A DNA stretch of 41,592 nt from Candidatus Zixiibacteriota bacterium (GTDB lineage Bacteria > Zixibacteria > MSB-5A5 > WJJR01), in assembly GCA_036170655.1 (NCBI GenBank), contig JAVHPP010000091.1, forward strand, positions 1-41,592, written 5' to 3'. Below, piece by piece: positions 1 through 9,341 of the stretch (its first letter is position 1; each line of letters begins with the position of its first letter). The notes beneath the pieces are model-generated. The model searched no databases. It saw nothing but the letters and a program-made list of their open reading frames with translations, and was not told the origin of the DNA. A program made the translations under genes and the position numbers.

Positions 1-1993
1 GCTTGCTGTGGCCAACGCAGGTGTAGTCGGGGCCAAAGGTCATGCCAACACCGGACGGTACAAACAGGGTGTCACCACTCTTCGAGGAGATCGTGTTGTC
101 CCCGCAGTCGTACGAGCAGAAACCAACATGCGGGCACAGGCCGATGTAGTTGACATTGCTGTTGACAAAGAACGTCAGGGTCGCAATCACGCCGGACAGA
201 TTGAACGCGCCCGGGGCGGGAGTGATACCGTTGTTCATGTCGGCAATGCCCACCAGCTTCACGAAACCATCGGGGCATCCGCCGCCGCAGTTGCCGCCGA
301 ACATGCCCGTCCGGAACGTGAAGTACTCAAAGGACGGATCAAGATCGGCGCCACGATTGGCGATCTGGAAGCTCAGGATGCTCTGATCGTAGCAGATCAA
401 GAAATCAAAGCCGCCTTCGCCGCCGGACGAACCGGTGGCCGGATCAACCCAGATACCGACGGTCTTGTTTCTGCCACCAAACGTGTGTGCATAGCCTGGG
501 GGAAGAATCGCCTGGCCAAGCGTGTCCAAATCCACGATGCAAACTTTGTACTTGGACTCAAACAGCACGTTGACACAGCACGCCGTCGAGGTTTGGCAGC
601 CGTCGCTGACGGTGAAGCAAACCACGGCCGGATTCTGGTCGGTGGAAGGACGCGTGCCAACGATCGTGTTGCCACTGATGCTGAGCCATGCCGGCCACGT
701 GCCGGATTGGCTGTAGGTCAGCGCATCGCCATCGCCGTCAGCCACGGGGCCCATCGGGATCGAGATCAACTGACCGATAGGAGCGGTCTTGTCAGCAGGA
801 TTCGAGCAGGTCGGAGCGGTGTTGGTAACATTCAGGTCGAAGTTGCAAGCGGCCTGCTGGCCAGTCGCGTCAGACACCGTGATCGAAATCGGGTGGCTGC
901 CAACATCCTGGCAGGAGGTCTGATACGACCAGTTGCCATTGGCATCAACCGTACCCGGAGCGCCGCCGCCAAAAGTATAGGGCGGGCAGCCACCGGAAAC
1001 GCCAACTGTCTTGGAAGCGAGAGCGCCAAAGTGGACGCTGACAGCGCCGCAATTGCTGGTCACCAGCGGGGTCGGAGCCACGTCAACATGGAATGTGGCG
1101 GAACCGCAGCTTCCCTGACCATTGGAGTTGTAGACTTCAAACACAACGTCGAAACCGGGGACATCAGCGCAGGTCGGGGTGTAGGACCACGAACCGGCAG
1201 CCGACGGCGGACCAGGCGTTGTGGTGGTGACAGTACCCGGACCGGAGATCTTCGCGAATGTGTCGGCTTCGTCATCCGTGGCGGAAAGCGCCTTGGATGC
1301 CGGCGAACCGACTGTCGCACTCACGTTGGTCAGAACGGTGGTGTTGACCGGGCACGGGTTGCACTGCACGCTGATGGTGCCCTTGCCAAACGACGGGACG
1401 AGTGAATTGGGTGTGCCAGTTGTCTTTACCATCAGAAGATGGTTGGCCGGGTCTGTGCAAGTGGTATCCACTTCGAATGTCCCCGGGCAGTCGGCGCCAA
1501 TGCCGACTTCGAGCACAAACGACGGATCGCCAGGCGCATCAGTGCCGGGCGGAACGGTCAACGCACCCACGATCTTGCCGCGCACGATCAATAAACCGAC
1601 CGGTAGCGCAGCCGCGTGGCTGGCATTGTCGTTCCAACTGATCGTCTTGAAGCCAACGTTTGGAGCTGTGGTCAAACAGAGACCGTCTTGGGCGAGGTAA
1701 CCATTATGGATGGCGATATCACCCAACCGGCCGTTAAAACGGGAGGTCGCGCTGCCATCCTTGATCGCCAAGCTGGTAATGCTGGTCCCGCTGACGTTGA
1801 CAATCTTCAACGGCTGGACATACTGCTTGATGTCAAGATCGTTGCGCACCAAGATGCCGATCGATGCGGTTGCACCGGCCGCAGTCGAGACAGACTGGAC
1901 GGTCACATCGGCTTGGGATTGCGCCTTGGCAACAGCACCGAACAGGAACCCCAAACAGGCTGCCAGACAAATTGTTACTGCAAAACGTTTCAT
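1..1993 (-). CDS. Large secreted Cys-rich surface protein with cohesin-like and Ig/cadherin-like domains; 3' end runs off the window
   Basis: Translated by hand: ATG at 1993 with SD GAGGAG, open for 664 codons to the window edge. Signal peptide MKRFAVTICLAACLGFLFGAVAKA/Q. Repeated PGTV..G.WSY..C.DV units, cadherin-like DGDGDALTY...PAWLSI, and a GGFDFLICYD...EYFTFR...NCGGGCPDG...DCGDN domain. Not in the ORF track because there is no stop in the window. Confidence 0.85.
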   Translation of the reverse strand, partial: MKRFAVTICLAACLGFLFGAVAKAQSQADVTVQSVSTAAGATASIGILVRNDLDIKQYVQPLKIVNVSGTSITSLAIKDGSATSRFNGRLGDIAIHNGYLAQDGLCLTTAPNVGFKTISWNDNASHAAALPVGLLIVRGKIVGALTVPPGTDAPGDPSFVLEVGIGADCPGTFEVDTTCTDPANHLLMVKTTGTPNSLVPSFGKGTISVQCNPCPVNTTVLTNVSATVGSPASKALSATDDEADTFAKISGPGTVTTTTPGPPSAAGSWSYTPTCADVPGFDVVFEVYNSNGQGSCGSATFHVDVAPTPLVTSNCGAVSVHFGALASKTVGVSGGCPPYTFGGGAPGTVDANGNWSYQTSCQDVGSHPISITVSDATGQQAACNFDLNVTNTAPTCSNPADKTAPIGQLISIPMGPVADGDGDALTYSQSGTWPAWLSISGNTIVGTRPSTDQNPAVVCFTVSDGCQTSTACCVNVLFESKYKVCIVDLDTLGQAILPPGYAHTFGGRNKTVGIWVDPATGSSGGEGGFDFLICYDQSILSFQIANRGADLDPSFEYFTFRTGMFGGNCGGGCPDGFVKLVGIADMNNGITPAPGAFNLSGVIATLTFFVNSNVNYIGLCPHVGFCSYDCGDNTISSKSGDTLFVPSGVGMTFGPDYTCVGHSK

Positions 1994-2780
1994 TGTGTTT
2001 TGCTCCTCATTGATTTTCCTGAGTTGAATTCTCGAATTCCCCAAAGAGAGACACATTCTGTCGGGGAACTCACGCGATAGTCATTCCCCCTGATTGCCGC
2101 GCTAAGAGTTTGCTCGTGTGCCTCAATACCGATTTTCTCTAATCCTCACCTCCAACATGCCATAAATCGTTCACGGTTTTTGTTGATTGAAGCGAGCGTT
2201 CAAAGACTCTTCAGTTCGTAACACCTCCTTTCACTGAAAATTGGTTTGTGGTTGATAACATCCGTTTTGACTTCAGTACCATCCGGCTACACGCCACCTC
2301 AATAGGGGTGTGTCCCGGAAAGTCCATGATGAACAGGCCAAGCCGCCCTAAAGCCGACTTAGCGGAAAAGACACAAGCAGACCGCCCCATTTCCGGGGAG
2401 GTTCGGCCACCACATCCACACAGCGCCACCCGATGGGCGCCGTCTCCAGATGGGTACCAATTGGCAGGACAACGAATCTGAGGGATTGTTATGCGTGTGG
2501 ACCATGCACGTCCTCCCTGTTCTCGAATCCGGTCAATGGGCCGTCGAATTGGCGGAAAGCTCATTTTGACAACCGCTTATGGCTATCATGAAGCGATCCG
2601 CCGAACTTCCGTCTGCCTTTCTTTATCTCCCCGCCGTGAGCGGGAAGGGGTGTGTTGAGTCCGCGTGAAACGCGGTGTGTAACTGTGGTGATCGCTGCGC
2701 CCTTACCGAGACTACCAGACTCGATTCGTCACTTGGCCAGCGTCATCACCTGAGACCATTGTAGAACTGCCGTTGCTTGC

Positions 2781-2796
2781 TGTGAACCATATCGCA
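2781..2796. promoter_or_regulatory. Possible CRP/FNR-family operator
   Basis: TGTGA-accata-TCGCA, a 9/10 match to TGTGA-N6-TCACA, just downstream of the predicted transcription start. Confidence 0.3.
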
Positions 2797-2821
2797 TGTG
2801 GTATCATCAGTTGCCGAGCAG

Positions 2822-2850
2822 AATATAGACCCCCCTGCCAAATCTGTCAA
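2822..2850 (-). promoter_or_regulatory. Sigma70-type promoter for the surface-protein gene
   Basis: Minus strand TTGACA (2850-2845), 17 nt, TATATT (2827-2822). Confidence 0.7.
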
Positions 2851-2998
2851 TACCCTAAATGCGTTTTTTTCGCTCGAGGGGTGCGTCAAACCAAAGGGGG
2901 CATACCGTTTTGCTTTCCAACAAGTTGCACTGCCGGGCCCAACTGACAAGCCGTTGTGTCAATTCGGGTTTGCGGTCCTGCAAACAGGCATGGCCTGT

Positions 2999-3862
2999 TC
3001 AGGGATGTCGCCGGGCCGTGAGGATTCGCTCAATGTGAGCCAAGTCTCGGTGGAATATCGGCGGATCCCAAGCCGGCCGCCGTTCGAGGAAATCGCGAAT
3101 CTCAGTGCCCTGATCGTAGCCAATTTCGCTGACAATCCACCCGCCCGGTTTCAGCAGCGTTTCAGCGCCAACCAGCAGTTCGGAGACGATTTCGATACCC
3201 AATGGCCCGGCGAAGAGAGCGGAGTGTGGCTCGAAGTCAACAACGGAGCGATCCAGATACGGATCGCCCAAGGCCACATAGGGCGGATTGGCAACGATCA
3301 GATCGAAGGTCGGGACAGGCCGAAACATCTGCAACGACCGGCCCGCAACCAGACGCACGCGCGCTGTCAAACCGAGGCGGCGGCGGTTTTCGTCCGCCAG
3401 CGTCAGCGCTGTCGGTTCGATGTCCGTGGCGATGACCCGCACATCCTGGCGTGCATGGGCGATGGCCAGCGCAATGTTTCCGGAACCGGTACCGATGTCG
3501 GCCACGAGGAGTGAATCACACCAGGATAAACCGGGCAGACTGTCGAGAGAAACCAAGACGAGTTCCTCGGTCTCGGGACGCGGGATCAGGGCACGCGGAT
3601 CGCACACGAGATCCATGCCGAAGAACTCCACCCTTCCAAGCACATAGGCAAGCGGCCGGCCGGTCAGACGATCCTCAATCAGCTTTGTTAGTGCGTCTTC
3701 CTGCGTCCGGGTCAGTGACAAGGCCGCCCGCAGGGTCAATTCGGTCGGCCCGCACCCCAGCAAATGACCGATCAGCCGATCCGCCTCAAACGTGGCCAGA
3801 TCACCGGCCACCGGACGAAGCCGTGCCGCCGTTTGCCGCCGTCGCTCCGCAATGGTCTTCAC
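2999..3862 (-). CDS. prmC: Peptide chain release factor N5-glutamine methyltransferase
   Basis: PLAYVLG, LIPRPETE, DIGTGSG and NPPY motifs; downstream of prfA. Confidence 0.95.
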   Translation of the reverse strand: MKTIAERRRQTAARLRPVAGDLATFEADRLIGHLLGCGPTELTLRAALSLTRTQEDALTKLIEDRLTGRPLAYVLGRVEFFGMDLVCDPRALIPRPETEELVLVSLDSLPGLSWCDSLLVADIGTGSGNIALAIAHARQDVRVIATDIEPTALTLADENRRRLGLTARVRLVAGRSLQMFRPVPTFDLIVANPPYVALGDPYLDRSVVDFEPHSALFAGPLGIEIVSELLVGAETLLKPGGWIVSEIGYDQGTEIRDFLERRPAWDPPIFHRDLAHIERILTARRHP

Positions 3863-3893
3863 AAGACAGAGGCGGACAAAAAGATCATGTCAG

Positions 3894-4118
3894 TCAAACG
3901 GACACAGAGCATCGGGGGCCAGAAAGCATTTCGTCCGAACAGTCCACAAATCGCGCGCACCCTGTCCTCGCCGATCCGAACAGCCGGTGTCGAGGGGGAT
4001 TGTCAGCTCCGCGGCGAGTCGTCGGTGATTTCGCGGAACTTGGGAAGACAGCATCCCACGGCAGCATTGCGGCGCCAGCCGCACAGGCGCCTACCAAGAG
4101 AAAATCACGCCGGTTCAT
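3894..4118 (-). CDS. Small (74 aa) protein with twin-arginine (Tat)-like signal
   Basis: ATG at 4118 with GGGAGAGG upstream, 10 nt after the tldE stop. MNRRDFLLVGACAAGAAMLPW N-terminus; fills the gap between tldE and prmC. Confidence 0.6.
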   Translation of the reverse strand: MNRRDFLLVGACAAGAAMLPWDAVFPSSAKSPTTRRGADNPPRHRLFGSARTGCARFVDCSDEMLSGPRCSVSV

Positions 4119-4128
4119 CGCCTCTCCC

Positions 4129-5472
4129 TCATTCCTTGTCCTCGACAAACGGCATCGCAGTGATCTTCATCGCCGGGACATAGAGCGCAGTCGAGTACTG
4201 GGGATACAGAACCCGATCCCGTCCAATCAGTTCGGCATGCGCAAACGTGTCAAGAATGGCCGGAGTCGCCCGCAGGTTGTGCACGGGCCTGGTAATCTTG
4301 CCGTTCTCAATCAAAAATGTCCCGTCACGTGTTGACCCGGAGACCTGTGCCTTCATCGGGTTGAGATAGTTGATGTACCAGAAGTGCGTGATCAGCAACC
4401 CCTTGGGCGTAGACGCAATCATGTCGTCCATGCTCGCGTTCCCCGGAAGCAACGTGATATTCTTCGGGTACGGCCCGCGCGGGTTGTCGGCCGGAAGTGC
4501 GTGCCCTGTCGACTCGGTCCCGGCCTGTTTCGCCGACCGGCGGTCGTGCGCGACACCACGGGCCACGCCATTCTCGATCAGGACAATCTTACGCTTCGGA
4601 ACCCCTTCGTAGTCGAAGGGCAAACCGGGAAAGACCGACAGGAACGGATCGTCCTCAATGGTGATGTTGGCGCCGGTGACCGATGAACCAATCTTGCCGC
4701 TGAGGACGCCACGGCCTTCGGCGAAGGATTTGCCCGAGAAGGCAAGAAAGCCGAGGAACAAGAGAAGCTGGCCAACCGCCGCTGGCTCGAGGATAACGGT
4801 GTACTCACCGGCGGGAATAACCTCCGGATGGCGCGAGCGGACGGCCTTGTCGACGGCGATCCTGCCCAGACTTTTCACATCGAGTTGCGCGATATCATGG
4901 CTGACTCCGGTTGACCAGCCCTGCCCCAGCGATGCGTCATCGGATGCAGAGACCGACAGCTCTGCTACCGTCTCTTCATGGAACTGCCGTGTGCCTTGGG
5001 AATTGACCACGGCGACACGGTTTGTTGTGAGACGAAACAGGCCGGAGGATTGAACGCCTGCCGCCCGAGCCATTGAGACGATATCAGCGACGGCTCCCGC
5101 GCGACGTTCTGGCAGGCACTGATTCGTGCCCCGAAAGAAGGTCGCAACGGCAGGCGCAGTCTCCGAATTGGCAAAGCCAGGGAACCCTTCATCGGGCGCA
5201 AGGAATGATGCAATCTCCATCGCATCCGTAATGGCCCTGTCAAGTCCCTCAGCCGAGAGGTCGTTGGTCGTGGATACGGCCACGCGTCCATCTTTCACCA
5301 GACGGACAATGGCGCGGCCATCGGCGGACACCATATTCTGATGGATGCCGTTTTCGGCGAAACGGGTCGTGGCATCGCGCACGCCCATGTACACGAGCTC
5401 CGTGCCATCGGCTGCCGACCGCTTGACGGCGCCCTCCAAGGCGGTGAGGATTTGATCTTTCGACGGCGTCAT
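4129..5472 (-). CDS. pmbA: TldE/PmbA family protein (non-catalytic partner subunit)
   Basis: TRFAENGIHQN, GEYTVILEP, PFDYEG and STGHA motifs; lacks HExxxH; follows tldD. Confidence 0.88.
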   Translation of the reverse strand: MTPSKDQILTALEGAVKRSAADGTELVYMGVRDATTRFAENGIHQNMVSADGRAIVRLVKDGRVAVSTTNDLSAEGLDRAITDAMEIASFLAPDEGFPGFANSETAPAVATFFRGTNQCLPERRAGAVADIVSMARAAGVQSSGLFRLTTNRVAVVNSQGTRQFHEETVAELSVSASDDASLGQGWSTGVSHDIAQLDVKSLGRIAVDKAVRSRHPEVIPAGEYTVILEPAAVGQLLLFLGFLAFSGKSFAEGRGVLSGKIGSSVTGANITIEDDPFLSVFPGLPFDYEGVPKRKIVLIENGVARGVAHDRRSAKQAGTESTGHALPADNPRGPYPKNITLLPGNASMDDMIASTPKGLLITHFWYINYLNPMKAQVSGSTRDGTFLIENGKITRPVHNLRATPAILDTFAHAELIGRDRVLYPQYSTALYVPAMKITAMPFVEDKE

Positions 5473-5485
5473 GATGAACTCGTTA

Positions 5486-6946
5486 CTACGCGGGCTGGCC
5501 GACCTTCACATTGGTGAATCGCGCCGGGGCGGCGCCTTGTCCGGTCCGCATGTTCTGCCCCGGCTGTCCCTTGCCGCAACTGGGAGTTCCCCAGATTCGC
5601 CATTCCTCCGGGCCGCAGATACGGTCACAGGAGTTCCAGAACTCCACGGTCGTTCCCGAATACACGGCGTTCTTGAAAATCTGGCCGCGCTGGCCGTTCT
5701 TGATTTCCCACGCGATTTCGCCACCCAGCTGGAAATTCTCTCTCCGGTCGTCGATTGACCAGTTGGCCGGAGTGGCGATGAGAACGCCGTCGGGCGTATC
5801 CGCAATCAACTGATCCAGCGTCCCCTGACCGGGGACCAGATTGATGTTGGTCATCCGTACCAGTGGGAGATCGCTCCACGATTCCGCCCGCATTGCGCCC
5901 GTAGATTGACGGTCCAACCGCGCGGCCGTTTCACGCGACGAGAGGTAGTCGACCAGCACACCGTTCTCGATCAGTGCCGACGCCCGCGCGGGAATGCCTT
6001 CATCGTCGTAACCAAATGTCCCCAGGCCCCCGGGCGCCGTCGGGTCGGCTTTGACCGTGACCGATTCGGACGCATACTTCAGGGATCTCAGGTTGTCCGT
6101 TGTGGCGAAGCTTGTCCCCGAAAAATTGCGTTCCGAGCCGAACACGCGGTCCAATTCCAGAGGATGGCCAATCGACTCGTGAATCTGGAGCGACACCAGA
6201 TCACCGGAGAGAATCAGATTTGTGCGCCGTTCGGGCAAGCTTGGCGCCGTCAGCAGAGCAACCGCTTCCTCGGCCACCACAGGCGCCGCCGCCTCCATAC
6301 CAAGACCCGTGATGATTTCATAACCGCCAGCGCCATGTTGTCCGCCCGATGTGGGGAATGATCGCTCGCCAACTTCGCGGCGGCTCTTCTTTGCCGCGGC
6401 GGTGAATCCGCCTCCGGAGTGGACGATAGTCTGCCGGATAACTGATCCCTCGGAGGAGTAAAACCACTTCTCCTCGCGGCGGAAGTCGAGAAAGGCGCTG
6501 GTGCTGTTGATACCGGGCGTGCGCCGCAAGATCTCATCCATCTGCTGCAGAAAACCGGCTTTTTCTTTCAGCGGTACTCCGAATGGGTCGCGTTGCACCG
6601 GTGTCTTGTACTCCCCTTTGACAGGAGCCAGAACCGGCCACTGGACGGGGGCAGGCGCCAGCTTTCCGGAAGCGCGGGCGATTTCGATCGCCTCTTTCAG
6701 CGTCGCCTTGACCGAATCCATCCCCAAGTCGGAGACGGCGGCGAATCCCCACGCCCCGTTGACCAGCGCTCGAATGCCATATCCGAAAGACACTTTGCGG
6801 TTGATCAGGTCCGGCTTGCCGTCCGCCAGACGGACGGACTCAGCCGTGACGGCAACAGCGCGGAAATCACAGTACGCCGCGCCATCTTTCCGTCCGCGCT
6901 CGCTGACAAACTGACCCGCTTTTTCAATGGCGACGATGTCTGGCAT
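5486..6946 (-). CDS. tldD: TldD family metalloprotease
   Basis: GYGIRALVNGAWGFA, HESIGH metal motif, GTFGYDDEG, RMTN and C-terminal CGKGQP. Confidence 0.93.
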   Translation of the reverse strand: MPDIVAIEKAGQFVSERGRKDGAAYCDFRAVAVTAESVRLADGKPDLINRKVSFGYGIRALVNGAWGFAAVSDLGMDSVKATLKEAIEIARASGKLAPAPVQWPVLAPVKGEYKTPVQRDPFGVPLKEKAGFLQQMDEILRRTPGINSTSAFLDFRREEKWFYSSEGSVIRQTIVHSGGGFTAAAKKSRREVGERSFPTSGGQHGAGGYEIITGLGMEAAAPVVAEEAVALLTAPSLPERRTNLILSGDLVSLQIHESIGHPLELDRVFGSERNFSGTSFATTDNLRSLKYASESVTVKADPTAPGGLGTFGYDDEGIPARASALIENGVLVDYLSSRETAARLDRQSTGAMRAESWSDLPLVRMTNINLVPGQGTLDQLIADTPDGVLIATPANWSIDDRRENFQLGGEIAWEIKNGQRGQIFKNAVYSGTTVEFWNSCDRICGPEEWRIWGTPSCGKGQPGQNMRTGQGAAPARFTNVKVGQPA

Positions 6947-6954
6947 GCTGTCAG

Positions 6955-7066
6955 TCCTGACGATGGTGAAATCTGGCCGACGGGCTGCCTCAGGGCAAGA
7001 GATTTCAGCAGGAACACCGGAGTTAACGCCCCTTCAGGCGCACGGGGCGTCACCCCCACGATCCGG
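6955..7066 (-). promoter_or_regulatory. Structured tldD leader (nested stems; SD may be sequestered)
   Basis: Inverted pairs TCCTG/CAGGA (6955-59/7009-13) and TGAAATCT/AGATTTCA (6967-74/7000-07) enclose two small hairpins; ACGCCCC/GGGGCGT (7026-32/7044-50) lies inside CCGGA/TCCGG. Confidence 0.4.
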
Positions 7067-7129
7067 GCTTGTGAGGTTATTCAGACCACCCAGTGAAAGG
7101 AAGACCATTTGTCAAAGGGTCTGGAGGAT

Positions 7130-8218
7130 TCAGGAGGCGGCAACGTGTGCGCCAGCGCTCGCCGCCAGCTGCCGTTTGCGATCATCTTCGCGGAGCGCCC
7201 CGATCAACGGGTCGAGTTCGCCGTCAATAATGCGGTCGAGCGTCTGGAGGGTCAGACCGATTCGATGGTCAGTCACGCGGTTCTGGGGAAAGTTATAGGT
7301 TCGGATCTTGGCAGACCGGTCACCGGTGGACACCATCTGGCGGCGTTCAGCGGCCAGCTTGGCATCATGTTCGGCCTCGGCAACGGCAAAGAGCCGCGCC
7401 CGGAGGACCTTGAGCGCCTTGTTCTTGTTCTTGAGTTGTGATTTTTCGTCCTGGCAGGTCACGACCGTGTTGGTTGGCAGGTGGGTAATGCGCACTGCCG
7501 AATCGGTCGTATTGACTGATTGTCCGCCGGGTCCCGAGGACCGGTACACGTCGATCTTCAGGTCGTTGGGACTGATCTCGATCTCAACCGGGTCGGCTTC
7601 GGCCAGGACTGCGACGGACGCTGCCGATGTATGGATGCGTCCGGATGACTCCGTGACCGGGACACGCTGGACACGGTGCACTCCCGACTCGAACTTCAAG
7701 GTTCCGTAGGCGCGTTCGCCCTCGACCGAAAACGCGACTTCCTTGAACCCACCCCCTCCGGTCGAACTGGAACCCAGCATCTCGACATTCCAGCCGTGTT
7801 TTTCCGCGTAGCGCAGGTACATGCGCATCAAATCCGCGGCGAACAGCGCGGCTTCATCGCCCCCGGTTCCGGCACGGATCTCGACGATGGCCGCTTTGTC
7901 GTCGTTGGGGTCCGGCGGGGTCAGCAGGTCACGTATCTTGGCCTCCAAGCTGGTCTTCTCGGCTCCCAGCCGGGAATGATCTTCCTGTGCCAGTTCGGTC
8001 AACTCTTGGTCAGCGCCTTCTTCCAAAATTGTCTTTGCTTCCGCAATATCCGCAAGGACCACGCGGTAACGTGCCGCCAGTTGCACGATCTCACTCAGGC
8101 GGCGGTGCTCGCGCCCCAGTGCACGCATCCGGGCGGCATCCCTGACCACCGTCGGGTCGGCCATCTGCGTCTCGAGGTCCGCGTGACGCCGGGCAATATC
8201 GTCGAGAATCTCAAGCAT
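7130..8218 (-). CDS. prfA: Peptide chain release factor 1
   Basis: EIRAGTGGDEA, PVT tripeptide anticodon (RF1), GPGGQSVN and RTYNFPQNRVTDHR. Confidence 0.97.
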   Translation of the reverse strand: MLEILDDIARRHADLETQMADPTVVRDAARMRALGREHRRLSEIVQLAARYRVVLADIAEAKTILEEGADQELTELAQEDHSRLGAEKTSLEAKIRDLLTPPDPNDDKAAIVEIRAGTGGDEAALFAADLMRMYLRYAEKHGWNVEMLGSSSTGGGGFKEVAFSVEGERAYGTLKFESGVHRVQRVPVTESSGRIHTSAASVAVLAEADPVEIEISPNDLKIDVYRSSGPGGQSVNTTDSAVRITHLPTNTVVTCQDEKSQLKNKNKALKVLRARLFAVAEAEHDAKLAAERRQMVSTGDRSAKIRTYNFPQNRVTDHRIGLTLQTLDRIIDGELDPLIGALREDDRKRQLAASAGAHVAAS

Positions 8219-8233
8219 AACGAGAGCAGGGCT

Positions 8234-9223
8234 TCACCCGTTGTCGATTCGGACAGTCCCCGGCAGGGGCATGCCCACCGAAGACCAGATCGCGATCCGG
8301 GCTACTTCGAGCTGTGCATGATCAGGGCTGCGTGTCGTTATGTGTTGGATCCACAGCCCCGGCGCCGCCAGAACACGCCACCACCAGCGCTGGGTGTGAC
8401 GCGCGGAGATCTTCAGAAGCTCGTACGCGGAACCGGCCACCACTGGCAACAACAGGAAATGCAGGACAAACCGATTGAAAAGCGGCGGCATCGAACCGGC
8501 GACCAACTGGTAGCTGGAATCGGCCAGCGAATACACCAAGATGGCGAGAATGGCGACGATAAAGATGAAGCTGGTCCCGCAACGCGGGTGGAAGGTCTTG
8601 TACTGTCTGACATTCTCCAGCGTCAGCTCGTCCCCGTTCTCGTAGGCGTAGATCGACATGTGTTCGGCGCCGTGGTACTCAAACAGACGGCGAAAATCCG
8701 GGAAAAAGCTGAGAGCACGGACATAGCCGACGAACATGGCCACCCGGATCAGTCCGGCCACCAGATTGAATGCTACGGCCCCTTTCTGCAGTCCCAAGGC
8801 CCGGGAAATCCACAAAGGAATGAACAGGAAGAAGAAGACTCCGACACTCAGCCCGACCAGCATCGTGAGCGCCATCGACACGGTTCCGAATCCGCCTTTC
8901 CCCTTCTTGGGATCATCACTTCCTCCAGCTGTCGGTGCGGGCCCTGATGTTTCAGATACAGTCCGGCTCTTGTCATCACGTGTGGCAATCTCGGCGGAGA
9001 AGTTCAGCGAGGCGATCCCCAGAACCAGCATTTCGAAAAACGAAATCGCCCCACGGATAATCGGGACATCCAACCAATGTTTCCGCTTGGCAAGGGATTG
9101 GTAGGATTGCCAGCGCACGACGATACCGCCATCCTGCGCGCGTACAGCCGTGGCGATCCGCTCGGATGAACGGATCATCACTCCTTCGATGACTGCCTGA
9201 CCGCCGACTTTGGGATCTGCCAT
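8234..9223 (-). CDS. DUF1385 (YqhQ-like) membrane protein, putative metal-dependent enzyme
   Basis: GGQAVIEGVM, EYHGAEH and HPRCGTSF motifs; usual position between rpmE and prfA. Start may be 9235. Confidence 0.9.
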   Translation of the reverse strand: MADPKVGGQAVIEGVMIRSSERIATAVRAQDGGIVVRWQSYQSLAKRKHWLDVPIIRGAISFFEMLVLGIASLNFSAEIATRDDKSRTVSETSGPAPTAGGSDDPKKGKGGFGTVSMALTMLVGLSVGVFFFLFIPLWISRALGLQKGAVAFNLVAGLIRVAMFVGYVRALSFFPDFRRLFEYHGAEHMSIYAYENGDELTLENVRQYKTFHPRCGTSFIFIVAILAILVYSLADSSYQLVAGSMPPLFNRFVLHFLLLPVVAGSAYELLKISARHTQRWWWRVLAAPGLWIQHITTRSPDHAQLEVARIAIWSSVGMPLPGTVRIDNG

Positions 9224-9276
9224 GTGATTTCTCATGATCTTCTATTGCTGGGCCGCTGGCACGCCTGGCAACACGA

Positions 9277-9310
9277 ACGCGACGGGATCGGTCTTGCCTT
9301 CCCGTCGCGT
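9277..9310 (-). terminator. 11-bp stem-loop after rpmE (partial terminator or mRNA stabiliser)
   Basis: Perfect inverted repeat ACGCGACGGGA-N12-TCCCGTCGCGT; only a weak U-tract on the minus strand. Confidence 0.45.
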
Positions 9311-9341
9311 GCAATGCCCGCCGTGGCAGACTAATTGATAT

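Noticed and set aside
8..1405. 465-aa plus-strand ORF
   Set aside because: Antisense shadow of the minus-strand secreted protein, which has an SD, signal peptide and domain motifs.
2317..2325. GGAAAGTCC resembling the RNase P RNA P4 motif
   Set aside because: Lacks the GAGGAAAGUCC context and the matching 3' P4 strand; no tmRNA, SRP or c-di-GMP riboswitch signature was recognised either.
2211..2564. 117-aa minus-strand ORF in the long leader
   Set aside because: No SD, no recognisable motifs and atypical composition; a translated uORF cannot be fully excluded.
3801..3896. Two in-frame TGA codons (V-*-L-T-*-S-F-C) after the Tat-like ORF, suggesting UxxU selenocysteine readthrough
   Set aside because: No SECIS-like hairpin recognised, the extension would overlap prmC, and TGA is the common stop in this window.
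7676..8947. 423-aa plus-strand ORF
   Set aside because: Shadow of prfA and DUF1385.
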